NCBI GenBank assembly: GCA_002772695.1
Contig: PFDI01000004.1
Span: 326 to 63,564, forward strand
Direction: 5' to 3'
Source: Candidatus Pacebacteria bacterium CG10_big_fil_rev_8_21_14_0_10_44_54
GTDB lineage: Bacteria > Patescibacteriota > Microgenomatia > UBA1400 > PJMF01
DNA length: 63,239 bases
Below are positions 26,677 to 36,036 of this stretch, piece after piece. The position numbers were made by a program, and so were the translations under genes. The notes beneath the pieces were generated by a model. The model was not told where the DNA came from, made no database searches, and saw only the letters and a list, made by a program, of their open reading frames with translations. Numbering within the stretch: the first letter of the stretch is position 1; each line of letters begins with the position of its first letter.

Positions 26677-27429
26677 TTAGGTTTCATTGAGTATCTCCAA
26701 TACTTTATTAGCAAGCTCTCTTTTCTCAATCAAGAACTTGGCATACTTTGATTGATCGGGGCGATTCAGTCCCACAGTAAAAGTTCTCAGTCCTGGCTGT
26801 TTATTTTCATTAGCGGTCAGTTTCAAAAACTCTGGTGCAGGAATACAAAAAACGTGTTCATGGATGTCGCCCTGAGTGAGATCAAAGTAAACGAAAACCA
26901 TGAGCATCCGCCTTTTATTGATGATGTTTTTTTCTTTGACAGTTGATACAAAGCCGTTGTTTCTATCGCCAAAGGTTGATTTAACCTGGATATAGGCAAC
27001 TTCTAACACACCTCTTTTTTTTACGATAATATCAATACCCTCATCATCACTGATCGGTCTGTAGCAAGAAAGCCCAGTATCACCATAGAGAGTGATCAGC
27101 TCAGCAACTCTTGCCTCAGCAATGTCGCCCTTTTGCTTGGTGTTGAGGTCACTCGTGACACGATGTTTTACGATCTGAGCCTTGGCACTTACTGATTTTT
27201 GAGTACCCTCAGCCCGCAGACCATAAAATCCTGGCTCACTACGATAAAAAATAGAGCTATCTCCATTCTTTTGAATGTCCATCGAGATTCGGGCGTTCAT
27301 GGTAGCCCAAGGTGTTGATCCCTCTGACTGCAAGCCAAGTTTCAAGGCTCGTTCAGTTATTTCTTTGTAGTGAATTGGTTTTTTTGCTTCACTGATGACT
27401 CTTTGGGCGAGAGATAAAAATGTTTCCAT
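26677..27429 (-). CDS. HARE-HTH domain fused to a PD-(D/E)XK endonuclease
   Basis: AQRVISEAKKPIHYKEI..TPWATMNARIS..FYGLR; QKGDIAE, DDEGIDIIV, YIQVKS. Confidence 0.8.
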   Translation of the reverse strand: METFLSLAQRVISEAKKPIHYKEITERALKLGLQSEGSTPWATMNARISMDIQKNGDSSIFYRSEPGFYGLRAEGTQKSVSAKAQIVKHRVTSDLNTKQKGDIAEARVAELITLYGDTGLSCYRPISDDEGIDIIVKKRGVLEVAYIQVKSTFGDRNNGFVSTVKEKNIINKRRMLMVFVYFDLTQGDIHEHVFCIPAPEFLKLTANENKQPGLRTFTVGLNRPDQSKYAKFLIEKRELANKVLEILNET

Positions 27430-29342
27430 TAGACCCTTTCAATTACTTCATCCCCAGCGATGTTTCTGACTTTGATTCGCAAGGGTTTTTTGCTCATGGT
27501 GACTGTGCCATCCCAGAACTTCTTGGTTTGTTCGCCATCCACAATCATATAACCATTTTTATCAATCTTGATCTCGTGGTCAGATACCCATACACCGTCA
27601 GTATTGGTACAGTCCACACTGATAAACTCAATCAGCTCCAAGCCCTCATCACTGATCTCAATCCTTTTTTGGTTCGCCGTTTTCTTGCCATTGAACTCAG
27701 TAATTTTCTGAATCAAAACATCAGAGATGAAGCGGTCAAAAGCAATGGTGTGTTTGCCAGCTTGTTCTTTGACGGTGTACTCCACCACATCAGGACTGAC
27801 GATCAAATCAATCAGCTCTTTGAGGTCTTTGAAAACAAACTGAACGGGTTTACCATCCGCATCTCGCAAGTCATAGTCTTTTCTCATTTTGTCGATCTCT
27901 GCTTGACCAGTGATGTCCACGCTACACACCACTACTTTACTGATTCCATCCAACTTGGCGGTTTCGTCCATGATCTTGCTAAACAAAGAAGGGTTGAGAA
28001 TGGCTTGCCCTTTGTCTTTGAGGTTGGGTATCCAGCAAGGGCAGACTGTTCCTTTGTCAGTGATTGCACCAAACCAGAATGAGCCAAAGTCGTGCGTGGT
28101 AGTTAGTCCTGGGACGATGGTTGCAAGTTTATCCATTGTTTGCTGTGGGTTGCGGAACAGGTCGATACCATCCTTTATTTTGAGGATGTCAAAGCTCGCA
28201 CCTGCTTCTACAAAGCGGTCACGCATGGTCTGAATAGCATTGATACCCACATCGGCAGTGATAAACTTTCTACCCAGATCATGAGCGACTTTTGCGGTTA
28301 CGCCAGAACCACCGAAAAAGTCTACAACTACCAAGCCCTCATTGGAGCTAGCTTTGATGATGCGTTGGAGTAAGGCTTCTGGTTTTTGCGTGGCATAGTC
28401 AGTTTTTTCGCTTAGGTTTTTGGGGTCAACAGCCTTTATATTCCAAACAGAGTCAAGTGTATTTCCCTCTAATGCGAGGATAACATCGTTTTTTCCAGGT
28501 TTTCTGTGATTTTGTTTCACAAATCTATCATAGTAACCCTTGAATCGTGAGTCAGTTTCAGGATAATTTGCTCCCGTGATTTCGTTATTTTCATTTAGGT
28601 ATGAGTTCCACCGTGTGAAGTCGATAGTTTGCTCAACATTACTATCTTTCAGCAAGTTGAAAGAGTAGTCCGATGTTTTGGAGTAGAAAAAAATTACGTC
28701 ATGTTTTCTTGGAAAGTATGAAGATACCTGACCTTGATAGGTCTGATAATGCCATACAATTTCATTTCTAAAGTTCTCTTCACCAAACACTTCATCAAGA
28801 AGTACTTTTGCATAATGACCTATATGCCAGTCTAAATGGACATAGATACTAGCAGTATCACTCATCACTTCTTTGATTGCGAGCAATCTCTCATACAACC
28901 AGTTGAGGTAGTCTTCTTTCTGCCAAATATCACCGTACATGGTTTCTTCTAGAACTTGCAAGTCTTTGTTGTCAACTTCTTCACCTGCTTGAGATTGGAG
29001 TTTTGCTTGAGCTTCTTCTAGCTTGGCAACGAGTTTAGGATTTTGTCTGATATAGATTTTCTTGGCGTAATTAGCCCCACTTGCAAACGGTGGGTCAATA
29101 TAGACCAGATCAACCGTAATACTTTTCTCTTTTAGATAGGCACAGGCGTTGAGGCAGTCACCGTGAATGAGTAGGTTATCCTCAGACTTTTTACCTACTT
29201 TTTCGATCAGCTCAGTTTCAAAGTACGGCATCCCTTGCAGTTGAAAATCCTTAGCTGAGAGCTGGCGGTGGTATCGCAAGAATGGCAAGACAGCTTGTCC
29301 TCTCAGAGGTTCAACTTTATATGGAATGTATTTGATCGGCAT
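27429..29342 (-). CDS. mod: Type III R-M methyltransferase (Mod, beta-class adenine MTase)
   Basis: YIDPPF motif IV precedes DFFGGSG motif I; YATQKPE. Confidence 0.9.
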   Translation of the reverse strand: MPIKYIPYKVEPLRGQAVLPFLRYHRQLSAKDFQLQGMPYFETELIEKVGKKSEDNLLIHGDCLNACAYLKEKSITVDLVYIDPPFASGANYAKKIYIRQNPKLVAKLEEAQAKLQSQAGEEVDNKDLQVLEETMYGDIWQKEDYLNWLYERLLAIKEVMSDTASIYVHLDWHIGHYAKVLLDEVFGEENFRNEIVWHYQTYQGQVSSYFPRKHDVIFFYSKTSDYSFNLLKDSNVEQTIDFTRWNSYLNENNEITGANYPETDSRFKGYYDRFVKQNHRKPGKNDVILALEGNTLDSVWNIKAVDPKNLSEKTDYATQKPEALLQRIIKASSNEGLVVVDFFGGSGVTAKVAHDLGRKFITADVGINAIQTMRDRFVEAGASFDILKIKDGIDLFRNPQQTMDKLATIVPGLTTTHDFGSFWFGAITDKGTVCPCWIPNLKDKGQAILNPSLFSKIMDETAKLDGISKVVVCSVDITGQAEIDKMRKDYDLRDADGKPVQFVFKDLKELIDLIVSPDVVEYTVKEQAGKHTIAFDRFISDVLIQKITEFNGKKTANQKRIEISDEGLELIEFISVDCTNTDGVWVSDHEIKIDKNGYMIVDGEQTKKFWDGTVTMSKKPLRIKVRNIAGDEVIERV

Positions 29343-29354
29343 ATTATATTTCCT

Positions 29355-32222
29355 TTATGTTGTTGTGTTACTAAAGTAGTGATTGATTCTGTCTGTGATG
29401 GCTTGACGGTGGTAATCAAGGTCTTTGCCGTCTTCGAGATAAAGGAAGTCAAACGCTTTGGCATTGAGATCAACAAAGGTGTTTTCCATGAACTGTCTGA
29501 TGTCAGTAAAATCGTGAGCGAGGTGTGATCCTTTTGTTTCAATGATGAGTGTTTTGGCAATCTTGTTCCCTTTACGCTCAATCACTACGAAGTCGGGGGT
29601 GTACTGATCTTGAATCAGCTTCCACTGGTCATTGATTTTTTTGTAAATCTTGATTTTGAATGTAGAGAGGAAGCGGTCACCATTGAAGTAGACCTCAAGC
29701 TGGCTTTTCTGAAAGGCACTGAGGTTGAAGATATGTTCCAGAATCTTTCTCTCGAAGTCACTTGCCGTGAACTCGTATGGAATGTAGTGGAAAGAGCGGT
29801 CTTTGTACGTGATAGGGAGTTTAGACTGTTTGATCTCATCAATCTTGGCTTCAATTCCCGCAGAGAAAGTAGCGTCACTACCCATGGCAAGTTTCGTAGC
29901 TTCAAGCTGTTTGATTTTATCGCTCTCAGAGGCAGTGATGCCATCAATAGGTGTTTTTTGCTTGTCATAGTCAGCAATCTTATTGATGAAGTCAATGTTA
30001 TCGGGGTAGATTTTAGCTTTAGTTGAGATAGGGTTTTTGTTGATGTCAGCTACTAGCCAAGATACAGATTCAGGTTTGAGCGATTCGTGGACTCTCACCG
30101 CTGATTGTGGCGTAAAGCTCAAGTGAATAGCAGTAATGATCCTACTTAGAGAATATCCAGAGCGTAGCTCACCAGCTTGTGTCAGCAATCCATAGACATC
30201 AAAAAGACTTTTTCTATATTGATGTAGTTGGCTGTAAAATACTCCCCCAAAGGACGACTTGAAAATCAGATTGAGGAACTCAGAAAAGCTGAGTTTCTGG
30301 TACGCATAATCAAGCGGTGAATGGCTGACACTAGAAGTATCATCAAAGTCTAGCCCAGTTCTAGTGCTAGCTATCTCTGGCACGAAATATGGATTGTCTT
30401 TACTGGCTTTGAGCTTGGTAGTTAACTCAGTCAAAGCAGGTTCGGGGTTCGCCTCAACTACTTCATTCAATACCTCATATTCAAGAAGCAGTTGTTTGTA
30501 CTCTAGCGGTGGCAACTTGAGGTACTTTCTACGGTCAACCCGTAGTAAGGTAGGTTCTTCTTCCTTGCCTGCCTCGAACTCTTTGATGCTGATCTTGTGC
30601 TTATCACCCAGCTCTTTTTCCAGGTGGCGGTAGTTTGTTTGATTGAGGTAGATCAAGCCTGTTTCAGTTTGAGCATCATCTACTTCTCGCAAGCAACGGC
30701 ATGAGGTTTGCAACACCATGTTTTTTGGGCTGTCACCCTCACCAGACAACACTACACCCGTGAGCGACTGACAATCCCAGCCCTCTTTGCCGATTTGAAC
30801 CAGTAGAATGACCCGTTTATTAGAGTATGGGGTATCCAGCTTGCTAAACTCTAGGTCTGCTTCTTTATCAAGAGTATAGGTTTTACCTGACTTTGATTTC
30901 TTTGACTCACCGTAGTATTTGAAAACCTCAGAGGAATCTAAGCCTTTCTCAGCGTAGAAGTTCAATACAATAGGCATGACTTCTTCCTCTAATCGCTCGA
31001 TATTGGCACAGTAGATGGCGAGTTTCGGCTTCCTGCCGTCCTGGTAGGTCTTGTCATAAAACTCGGCGTAAAAGTCCTCTAAGCTGGCTTTGACGATGGT
31101 TTCAGTATGGCTAGAGAAGCTCTTGATAACGGGTTGTTTGAGAAAGTTTCGCACGCCATCTTTTAGCTCGTAGTGGTAAACCGTGCTAGGGATTTGATCG
31201 AGGGCAAGAGTAAGTGAACCAGCCGTTATCTTTCGTTTGAAGTACGGCGTGCCAGTAAAACCGATGATATTGATGGTGTTCCCCTGATTGAACTGGTTAT
31301 TGATGACGAACTTGAGCTTATTTTCCTCTTTTTGGATGTGATGCACCTCATCAATCAAGATGCTTAGATTTGGCACTTGGGCAAGTTTATTTCGTAATTC
31401 GTTTTCAAGATTGCTTTTTTCATCCCCGTTTACTTCAAATAGCGTTCCCTTGTAGGGGTCTTCTACTACCTTATCCAAGACAACTTTTTCGGCATTGGTG
31501 ACAAAGACATAGCCACTTGGGTTAGCCTGTTGCAAGCACTCTTGAACTTTACGAGCATTAGGGTTGTTGATTTTGTTGCTTCTTTTGGCGGTCTTAGCAA
31601 CATCTAACACCACGAACTTTATTTGCTTTTTGATTTTGGTGGCAATATCAACGGGCAGTATCCAGGTTGGATCAAAGCGTTCAATGCTCCGCAGAGATGG
31701 CACAACCGAGCTTTTTAGTCCACTCGGAGCAAAAATCAAGAAGTTCTTGGCGAAACGGTCATCAGTGTTATTGAGGTTGAAATACAAGTCGATATAGATC
31801 ATGGAAGCCATGACAAAGGTTTTGCCCGCTCCCATTGGCAAGCTCAATAAGACGTTAGAAATATGGTTATAGCCACCAAAGAGATCAACAAAAAAGCCCT
31901 CTAGCTCTTGGGGACTGGCTGTTTTGGCGAACTTCTCTAGCTTTTTGTTTTCCAACTCTTGAGAAATATGCACCAGCAGAGTTGTCAGGCTATCACCCTC
32001 TGTATCTGGGTAACGCTCTTTGAATACCACGACCAGCGGTTTATTGTCTGTCACACACTTGAGCCAAAGGTACACCTTGAGAGCCTCGATTTGGGCATCT
32101 CGGAGCTTTCCAGTAGCTTCAATATGCCTGAGGATGTACCCCGCAACTGAGTTCTTATTTTCTTTTTCGGCATCCGACCACTCGAATGCTCTACTGGTTA
32201 GGTAGTTTTTTATAATGTTCAT
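29355..32222 (-). CDS. res: Type III restriction enzyme Res subunit (SF2 helicase plus PD-(D/E)XK)
   Basis: LPMGAGKT, DEVHH, FTGTP, IGKEGWD, C-terminal YTPDF..IIETKG. Confidence 0.88.
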   Translation of the reverse strand: MNIIKNYLTSRAFEWSDAEKENKNSVAGYILRHIEATGKLRDAQIEALKVYLWLKCVTDNKPLVVVFKERYPDTEGDSLTTLLVHISQELENKKLEKFAKTASPQELEGFFVDLFGGYNHISNVLLSLPMGAGKTFVMASMIYIDLYFNLNNTDDRFAKNFLIFAPSGLKSSVVPSLRSIERFDPTWILPVDIATKIKKQIKFVVLDVAKTAKRSNKINNPNARKVQECLQQANPSGYVFVTNAEKVVLDKVVEDPYKGTLFEVNGDEKSNLENELRNKLAQVPNLSILIDEVHHIQKEENKLKFVINNQFNQGNTINIIGFTGTPYFKRKITAGSLTLALDQIPSTVYHYELKDGVRNFLKQPVIKSFSSHTETIVKASLEDFYAEFYDKTYQDGRKPKLAIYCANIERLEEEVMPIVLNFYAEKGLDSSEVFKYYGESKKSKSGKTYTLDKEADLEFSKLDTPYSNKRVILLVQIGKEGWDCQSLTGVVLSGEGDSPKNMVLQTSCRCLREVDDAQTETGLIYLNQTNYRHLEKELGDKHKISIKEFEAGKEEEPTLLRVDRRKYLKLPPLEYKQLLLEYEVLNEVVEANPEPALTELTTKLKASKDNPYFVPEIASTRTGLDFDDTSSVSHSPLDYAYQKLSFSEFLNLIFKSSFGGVFYSQLHQYRKSLFDVYGLLTQAGELRSGYSLSRIITAIHLSFTPQSAVRVHESLKPESVSWLVADINKNPISTKAKIYPDNIDFINKIADYDKQKTPIDGITASESDKIKQLEATKLAMGSDATFSAGIEAKIDEIKQSKLPITYKDRSFHYIPYEFTASDFERKILEHIFNLSAFQKSQLEVYFNGDRFLSTFKIKIYKKINDQWKLIQDQYTPDFVVIERKGNKIAKTLIIETKGSHLAHDFTDIRQFMENTFVDLNAKAFDFLYLEDGKDLDYHRQAITDRINHYFSNTTT

Positions 32223-32263
32223 TTTTTATACTTATATTTTAGTGCAAGAGTCTGACAAGAACC

Positions 32264-32443
32264 TTACATTTTTACTTTTCTTTTCTTGAGGAACTCATTG
32301 AGATCGTCCTCTTTGATCCTCAATTCCTGCTCTAGTTTATAGGCTGGAAGTCTTTTCGCCTTGATATAGCGGTAAATGGTCATCTTGCTCACTTTGAGAG
32401 CTTGGGCGACTTCTTCAATGGTGAGGAGAGTCTGTGTTTGCAC
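32264..32443 (-). CDS. Excisionase-family (HTH_17) DNA-binding protein, GTG start, 59 aa; not in ORF track
   Basis: MQTQTLLTIEEVAQALKVSKMTIYRYIKAKRLPAYKLEQELRIKEDDLNEFLKKRKVKM. Confidence 0.85.
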   Translation of the reverse strand: MQTQTLLTIEEVAQALKVSKMTIYRYIKAKRLPAYKLEQELRIKEDDLNEFLKKRKVKM

Positions 32444-32452
32444 ACTCTGATA

Positions 32453-32488
32453 ATATCACTTGTTCACATTTGTTTACAAGGGTGATAT
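32453..32488. promoter_or_regulatory. Candidate operator in the divergent promoter
   Basis: Inverted repeat ATATCAC...GTGATAT enclosing tandem TGTTCACA (32461) and TGTTTACA (32471), 10 bp apart. Confidence 0.45.
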
Positions 32489-32506
32489 AGTTTTCCACAT
32501 ATAAGT

Positions 32507-33673
32507 ATGAGCATAAAGTTTGATTGGTCTTACTTTATCCACATGGTAAAGCAAGACTTACTACTAGAATACCTTACTAAGGTCTGGCAACTAGACCTTA
32601 CGGTTGGTGATTTTGAAACAGAAGATGATCGAGTTGCCTTTTTACGAGCTGAGATCGAAAAATTAGCTACTGATCGGTTCGATGACATCCAGATTGATCT
32701 GACAAAGGTTCGCCAGCTATCAACCAAGCCAGGTGTGCAACGGCTCATTTTGATCGCTAACAATAGTAATCAGCAGGTTGACGACCCTTACGTTGACCTA
32801 AACGTCTACAATAGAGCCTTATTTTACCGAGTCAATTATCACGATATTTTCCAAACAGCCTACGTTTTGAACGAAGTACAACCCCGCAAAAAGAAGTTGC
32901 GACATGGTTTGAAGTCTGTGTCAGTCAAAAATCTCATGGGCAAGACTACCGAATTAGCTACTCAGATCAGCGAATACCTGACAAAAAACGAAAAAAGAGG
33001 TGAAGCCTGTAAAGTTGATAGTCACGATTTTGGTAGCTCAATCTGCTTCACCGCATACCCCACCAACTACCCTCAAGACTTACTCTTTTTTGATGGCGAG
33101 CAGTGGAAAAACGAGGTGAACAGACCTGGTTTTCAGATAACCTTTCTTTATTATCCAGAGGGCGGACGACTCGAAATTGACTGCCAGGGTAGCTGGCAGA
33201 AGAAACACGCCTTGATGCAGATTTTCAACACCGCTGTTTTGGAGAGCGATGTGCCAGTTCCGCTCTATCAGTTGCAATTCAACCTGGACAAATTAGTTGA
33301 AGACGGCTTTGAGATGGTGATTGACCCTCAAGATATGGGTGAAGAACCTCAACTCAAGTCAATTCGCCTCAAGAGAAGACACAGCAATACCCCAGAGCGG
33401 TACACCATCGAAATTGACAACGGTACTGGTGTTACGCCAATTAGAGATGCGATGAACCACCGTAGATTGACTTTGGAGTACTACGAAGTTGACCAGGCTA
33501 AGATCAGTTTCAAGTTTCCTGGTTTGCAAAAAACTGGCTGGGTTACAGTTGACTTATCACTGCCTGACGGCAATTCACCTGGGAGCGATGAAAAAGATGA
33601 AAAAGCCCAGAATTACCTTGAAAAATGGGGAGTTATCAGCCGTGAAGACGAATCCAGCCCATCTACTGACTGA
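32507..33673 (+). CDS. Hypothetical protein (388 aa), first gene of a coupled pair
   Basis: Long ORF; no catalytic motif recognised. Confidence 0.8.
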   Translation: MSIKFDWSYFIHMVKQDLLLEYLTKVWQLDLTVGDFETEDDRVAFLRAEIEKLATDRFDDIQIDLTKVRQLSTKPGVQRLILIANNSNQQVDDPYVDLNVYNRALFYRVNYHDIFQTAYVLNEVQPRKKKLRHGLKSVSVKNLMGKTTELATQISEYLTKNEKRGEACKVDSHDFGSSICFTAYPTNYPQDLLFFDGEQWKNEVNRPGFQITFLYYPEGGRLEIDCQGSWQKKHALMQIFNTAVLESDVPVPLYQLQFNLDKLVEDGFEMVIDPQDMGEEPQLKSIRLKRRHSNTPERYTIEIDNGTGVTPIRDAMNHRRLTLEYYEVDQAKISFKFPGLQKTGWVTVDLSLPDGNSPGSDEKDEKAQNYLEKWGVISREDESSPSTD

Positions 33674-34715
33674 GATGGTTCTACATCCCAGCACCTCTCT
33701 TTCTCAGCAGGAAGCTGACCAGTTTTTAGGTTCTCATCGTTCTTTTTTTCAAGATACCAGCATGATTGTGGACGCTCCCTCAAGAAAGTGGGCAAATTGT
33801 CTGAGTTGTGGTAAGACGCATGAGGTTACGCCCCTCAATGGACTGCTTATATTGTCTTGCTCAGAGCAAGGGGTTGAGGATGTCATTATCACGGCTGATG
33901 AGCTAAAGAGTGTTCGATTCAATCTTAGCGGTTTTCACTCTTGGCTACAAAGTCTGTTTTCTTTGCAAGGCAACATCGAAGCCTCTGAGGACAAGGTCTT
34001 ACTTGGTCAGGGGACGGTGAATGGCAAGCAAAGGCTGTTTATTTTCAGTCAGGATAACTCGCCTCAAGCCAGAGTGAAGCTATGCCAAGATCACCGAGCC
34101 AACCAACCAGTTATTTTGTACCTCAGTACTACCCTCAACAATCATAATCAGGGCTATGACATCAACTTGACTGAGTACCTGGTAGTACAAGAAAACAATC
34201 TGAGTATTGATGTCAGCTCGGCGTTGGGTGTGATTGAAGACACTGTCCTGCCTTTGGAGAACGACACCCAGCTAACCTCTAGCAATTTTGCTATCGAGTT
34301 GAAGCTCACGGATGACAAAATTGTGCTAACTGGCACAGCTCTTGGTAGTTCATATCCAGCGTTCAAAGCCAAGAAAAAGCGAAGCACTGCCATATCCAGA
34401 CTATTGAGAACCCTACTCAAGTTGCATGAAAGCGACAAAGAAACGACCCCGAAAACATATAAGCAAAGTGTGCTTGAGGCGAACTACATTGACCCTCGCA
34501 AAAACAAACAAAATGACCTTGCACAAATGGATCTCAGTCAAGATAAGCGACCACTGAGCAACCTCTGCTCATCCTTATTGCCATACTTTTTCACACATCG
34601 GTATGACAAAGACGATGGCTTAGTGATCGAGTTCAAATCAGCCATCTCTCAAGAGGACTGGAACGGTCTTTCAGACTCAGAAAAGCAAAAGATTTTGGCT
34701 TCAAAGGCTGAATAG
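33642..34715 (+). CDS. Hypothetical protein with an N-terminal CxxC..H..C putative Zn finger; GTG 33642 (or ATG 33675) start
   Basis: GGGAG upstream of GTG; CLSCGKTHE..LSC; overlaps the upstream gene's stop. Confidence 0.75.
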   Translation: MKTNPAHLLTEMVLHPSTSLSQQEADQFLGSHRSFFQDTSMIVDAPSRKWANCLSCGKTHEVTPLNGLLILSCSEQGVEDVIITADELKSVRFNLSGFHSWLQSLFSLQGNIEASEDKVLLGQGTVNGKQRLFIFSQDNSPQARVKLCQDHRANQPVILYLSTTLNNHNQGYDINLTEYLVVQENNLSIDVSSALGVIEDTVLPLENDTQLTSSNFAIELKLTDDKIVLTGTALGSSYPAFKAKKKRSTAISRLLRTLLKLHESDKETTPKTYKQSVLEANYIDPRKNKQNDLAQMDLSQDKRPLSNLCSSLLPYFFTHRYDKDDGLVIEFKSAISQEDWNGLSDSEKQKILASKAE

Positions 34716-34739
34716 CCAACCTCGTCAATCCCTATTTCC

Positions 34740-34810
34740 TGCATTTAGTTGCATTTAGCAACGCCCCTTAGTTGTGTTCTTCTGTGATTTTTGCGTTTAC
34801 GTGCATTTAG
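34740..34810 (+). repeat. Two pairs of 9-bp direct repeats at 10-bp spacing upstream of the DUF5659 operon
   Basis: TGCATTTAG at 34740, 34750 and 34802; TGCGTTTAC at 34792. Confidence 0.6.
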
Positions 34811-34875
34811 CGTTTTGGTTCAAAAATCGCACTTATCATTGACCCATCAAACAAAAATGAGTCAAAAGGATAAGC

Positions 34876-35124
34876 ATGAAAAACGCACACAAATACTTTA
34901 CCACCTACGACCTAAACCTATCAGCAGTATTGGTTTCGCAAGGTTTTACTTTAGAAGAAATCGAAAAATCTGGCGGTACTAAAGGCCTCTTTTACTTCAA
35001 AAAGAGCGACAAACTTCTAGTAGTCATTGATAGCTACTGGAAAAACCAACTCCAAATCTCTCCGCAAACGCTTTTTAGCAGTTTGAAGTCTATCAAAAAT
35101 CGCTTGTATAGCGATTGGAAGTAA
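34876..35124 (+). CDS. DUF5659-like small protein
   Basis: FTTYDLNLSAVLVSQGF..FYF..YWKNQLQISP..LKSIKNRLY. Confidence 0.7.
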   Translation: MKNAHKYFTTYDLNLSAVLVSQGFTLEEIEKSGGTKGLFYFKKSDKLLVVIDSYWKNQLQISPQTLFSSLKSIKNRLYSDWK

Positions 35125-35129
35125 AAGCC

Positions 35130-35324
35130 ATGTTGAGCCGTGCCTCAGTGGCGAAGTTCCAGCACATCTACTTCCAAGAGTACGGCATTGAGCTGGATGA
35201 GCAGACAGCCTACGAGCTGGCGAATAACCTCGTCAACCTGTACCGAAGTGTCTACTTACCAGACACAAAAAATATAAGTAAGCAGTATGAAAAAAACACA
35301 TCAACTCAGAAGAATCAAAGCTAA
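35130..35324 (+). CDS. Small helical protein of LSR elements (candidate directionality factor)
   Basis: MLSRASVAKFQHIYFQEYGIELDEQTAYELANNLVNLY; a homologue is present in the tRNA-Gly islet. Confidence 0.7.
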   Translation: MLSRASVAKFQHIYFQEYGIELDEQTAYELANNLVNLYRSVYLPDTKNISKQYEKNTSTQKNQS

Positions 35325-35706
35325 GAAGTCCTACTCCTCTATGGAGTTGGCTAACTTACTTGGCGTTCATGTCCAAACCGTCCGAACTTGGGCAAGCAAT
35401 GGTCTTGCTCCGCTGAGTTCCGAAGTCCATCGACCACTATTTTTAGGTCAGACCGTCAAATCTTATCTCTCGCAACAACAAAATGCCCGCAAGGTGAAGC
35501 TCCAAGCTGGTGAGTTTTACTGCCTACGGTGTCGAAAAGCAGTTACACCCGCTTTAGTGACCGAGGTAGATCGCCACGTCCTCATTGGCAAGCAAAAAGA
35601 TTCGATTTTACTCACCGCTCACTGTCCACAGTGCGATTGCCCTGTCAACAAGTTTTCTAGCCGAATATCAACTACACAGAAAGGAAAATATGCTACTAAC
35701 GCATAA
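35287..35706 (+). CDS. HTH DNA-binding protein with a C-terminal 4-Cys Zn ribbon
   Basis: YSSMELANLLGVHVQTVRTWASNGL; YCLRCRK...HCPQCD. Confidence 0.8.
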   Translation: MKKTHQLRRIKAKKSYSSMELANLLGVHVQTVRTWASNGLAPLSSEVHRPLFLGQTVKSYLSQQQNARKVKLQAGEFYCLRCRKAVTPALVTEVDRHVLIGKQKDSILLTAHCPQCDCPVNKFSSRISTTQKGKYATNA

Positions 35707-36034
35707 ACGATATGCCGTATCAGGTGATTGGTATCAACCCAAAGCCCAGCTTCTCAGCAAGCCAAGCGTGGTGCTGGCAGAGTACCACGAAACATCATCA
35801 AGCTCTGGCGATTGGAGCGGGTACTTTTTGCAGAAAATCGGGCAAGCCTACCACCTGATTTTATTCACCCAAGAGAACCTTTACCCAGAGGACGGCTTTG
35901 AGCTGGTGACGGGCGAGGTAGTCCATACTTTCAAATCTGAGCCAAACAAATCCGATGTTGCAAAGGTCATTATCTCAGTACTTGAACACCCTCGTAATCA
36001 CTCACTTAGTAATAGCGCAGAATTGAAAGGATAA
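35690..36034 (+). CDS. Hypothetical protein; start reassigned to ATG 35690
   Basis: AAGGA RBS; overlaps the upstream gene. Confidence 0.6.
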   Translation: MLLTHKRYAVSGDWYQPKAQLLSKPSVVLAEYHETSSSSGDWSGYFLQKIGQAYHLILFTQENLYPEDGFELVTGEVVHTFKSEPNKSDVAKVIISVLEHPRNHSLSNSAELKG

Positions 36035-36036
36035 CT

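Noticed and set aside
27429-29342. Phase-variable mod (phasevarion)
   Set aside because: No simple-sequence repeat tract seen in the gene or at its start.
32491-32543. DnaA-box-like TTTTCCACA and TTATCCACA
   Set aside because: Only two boxes, one inside a CDS, with no origin context.
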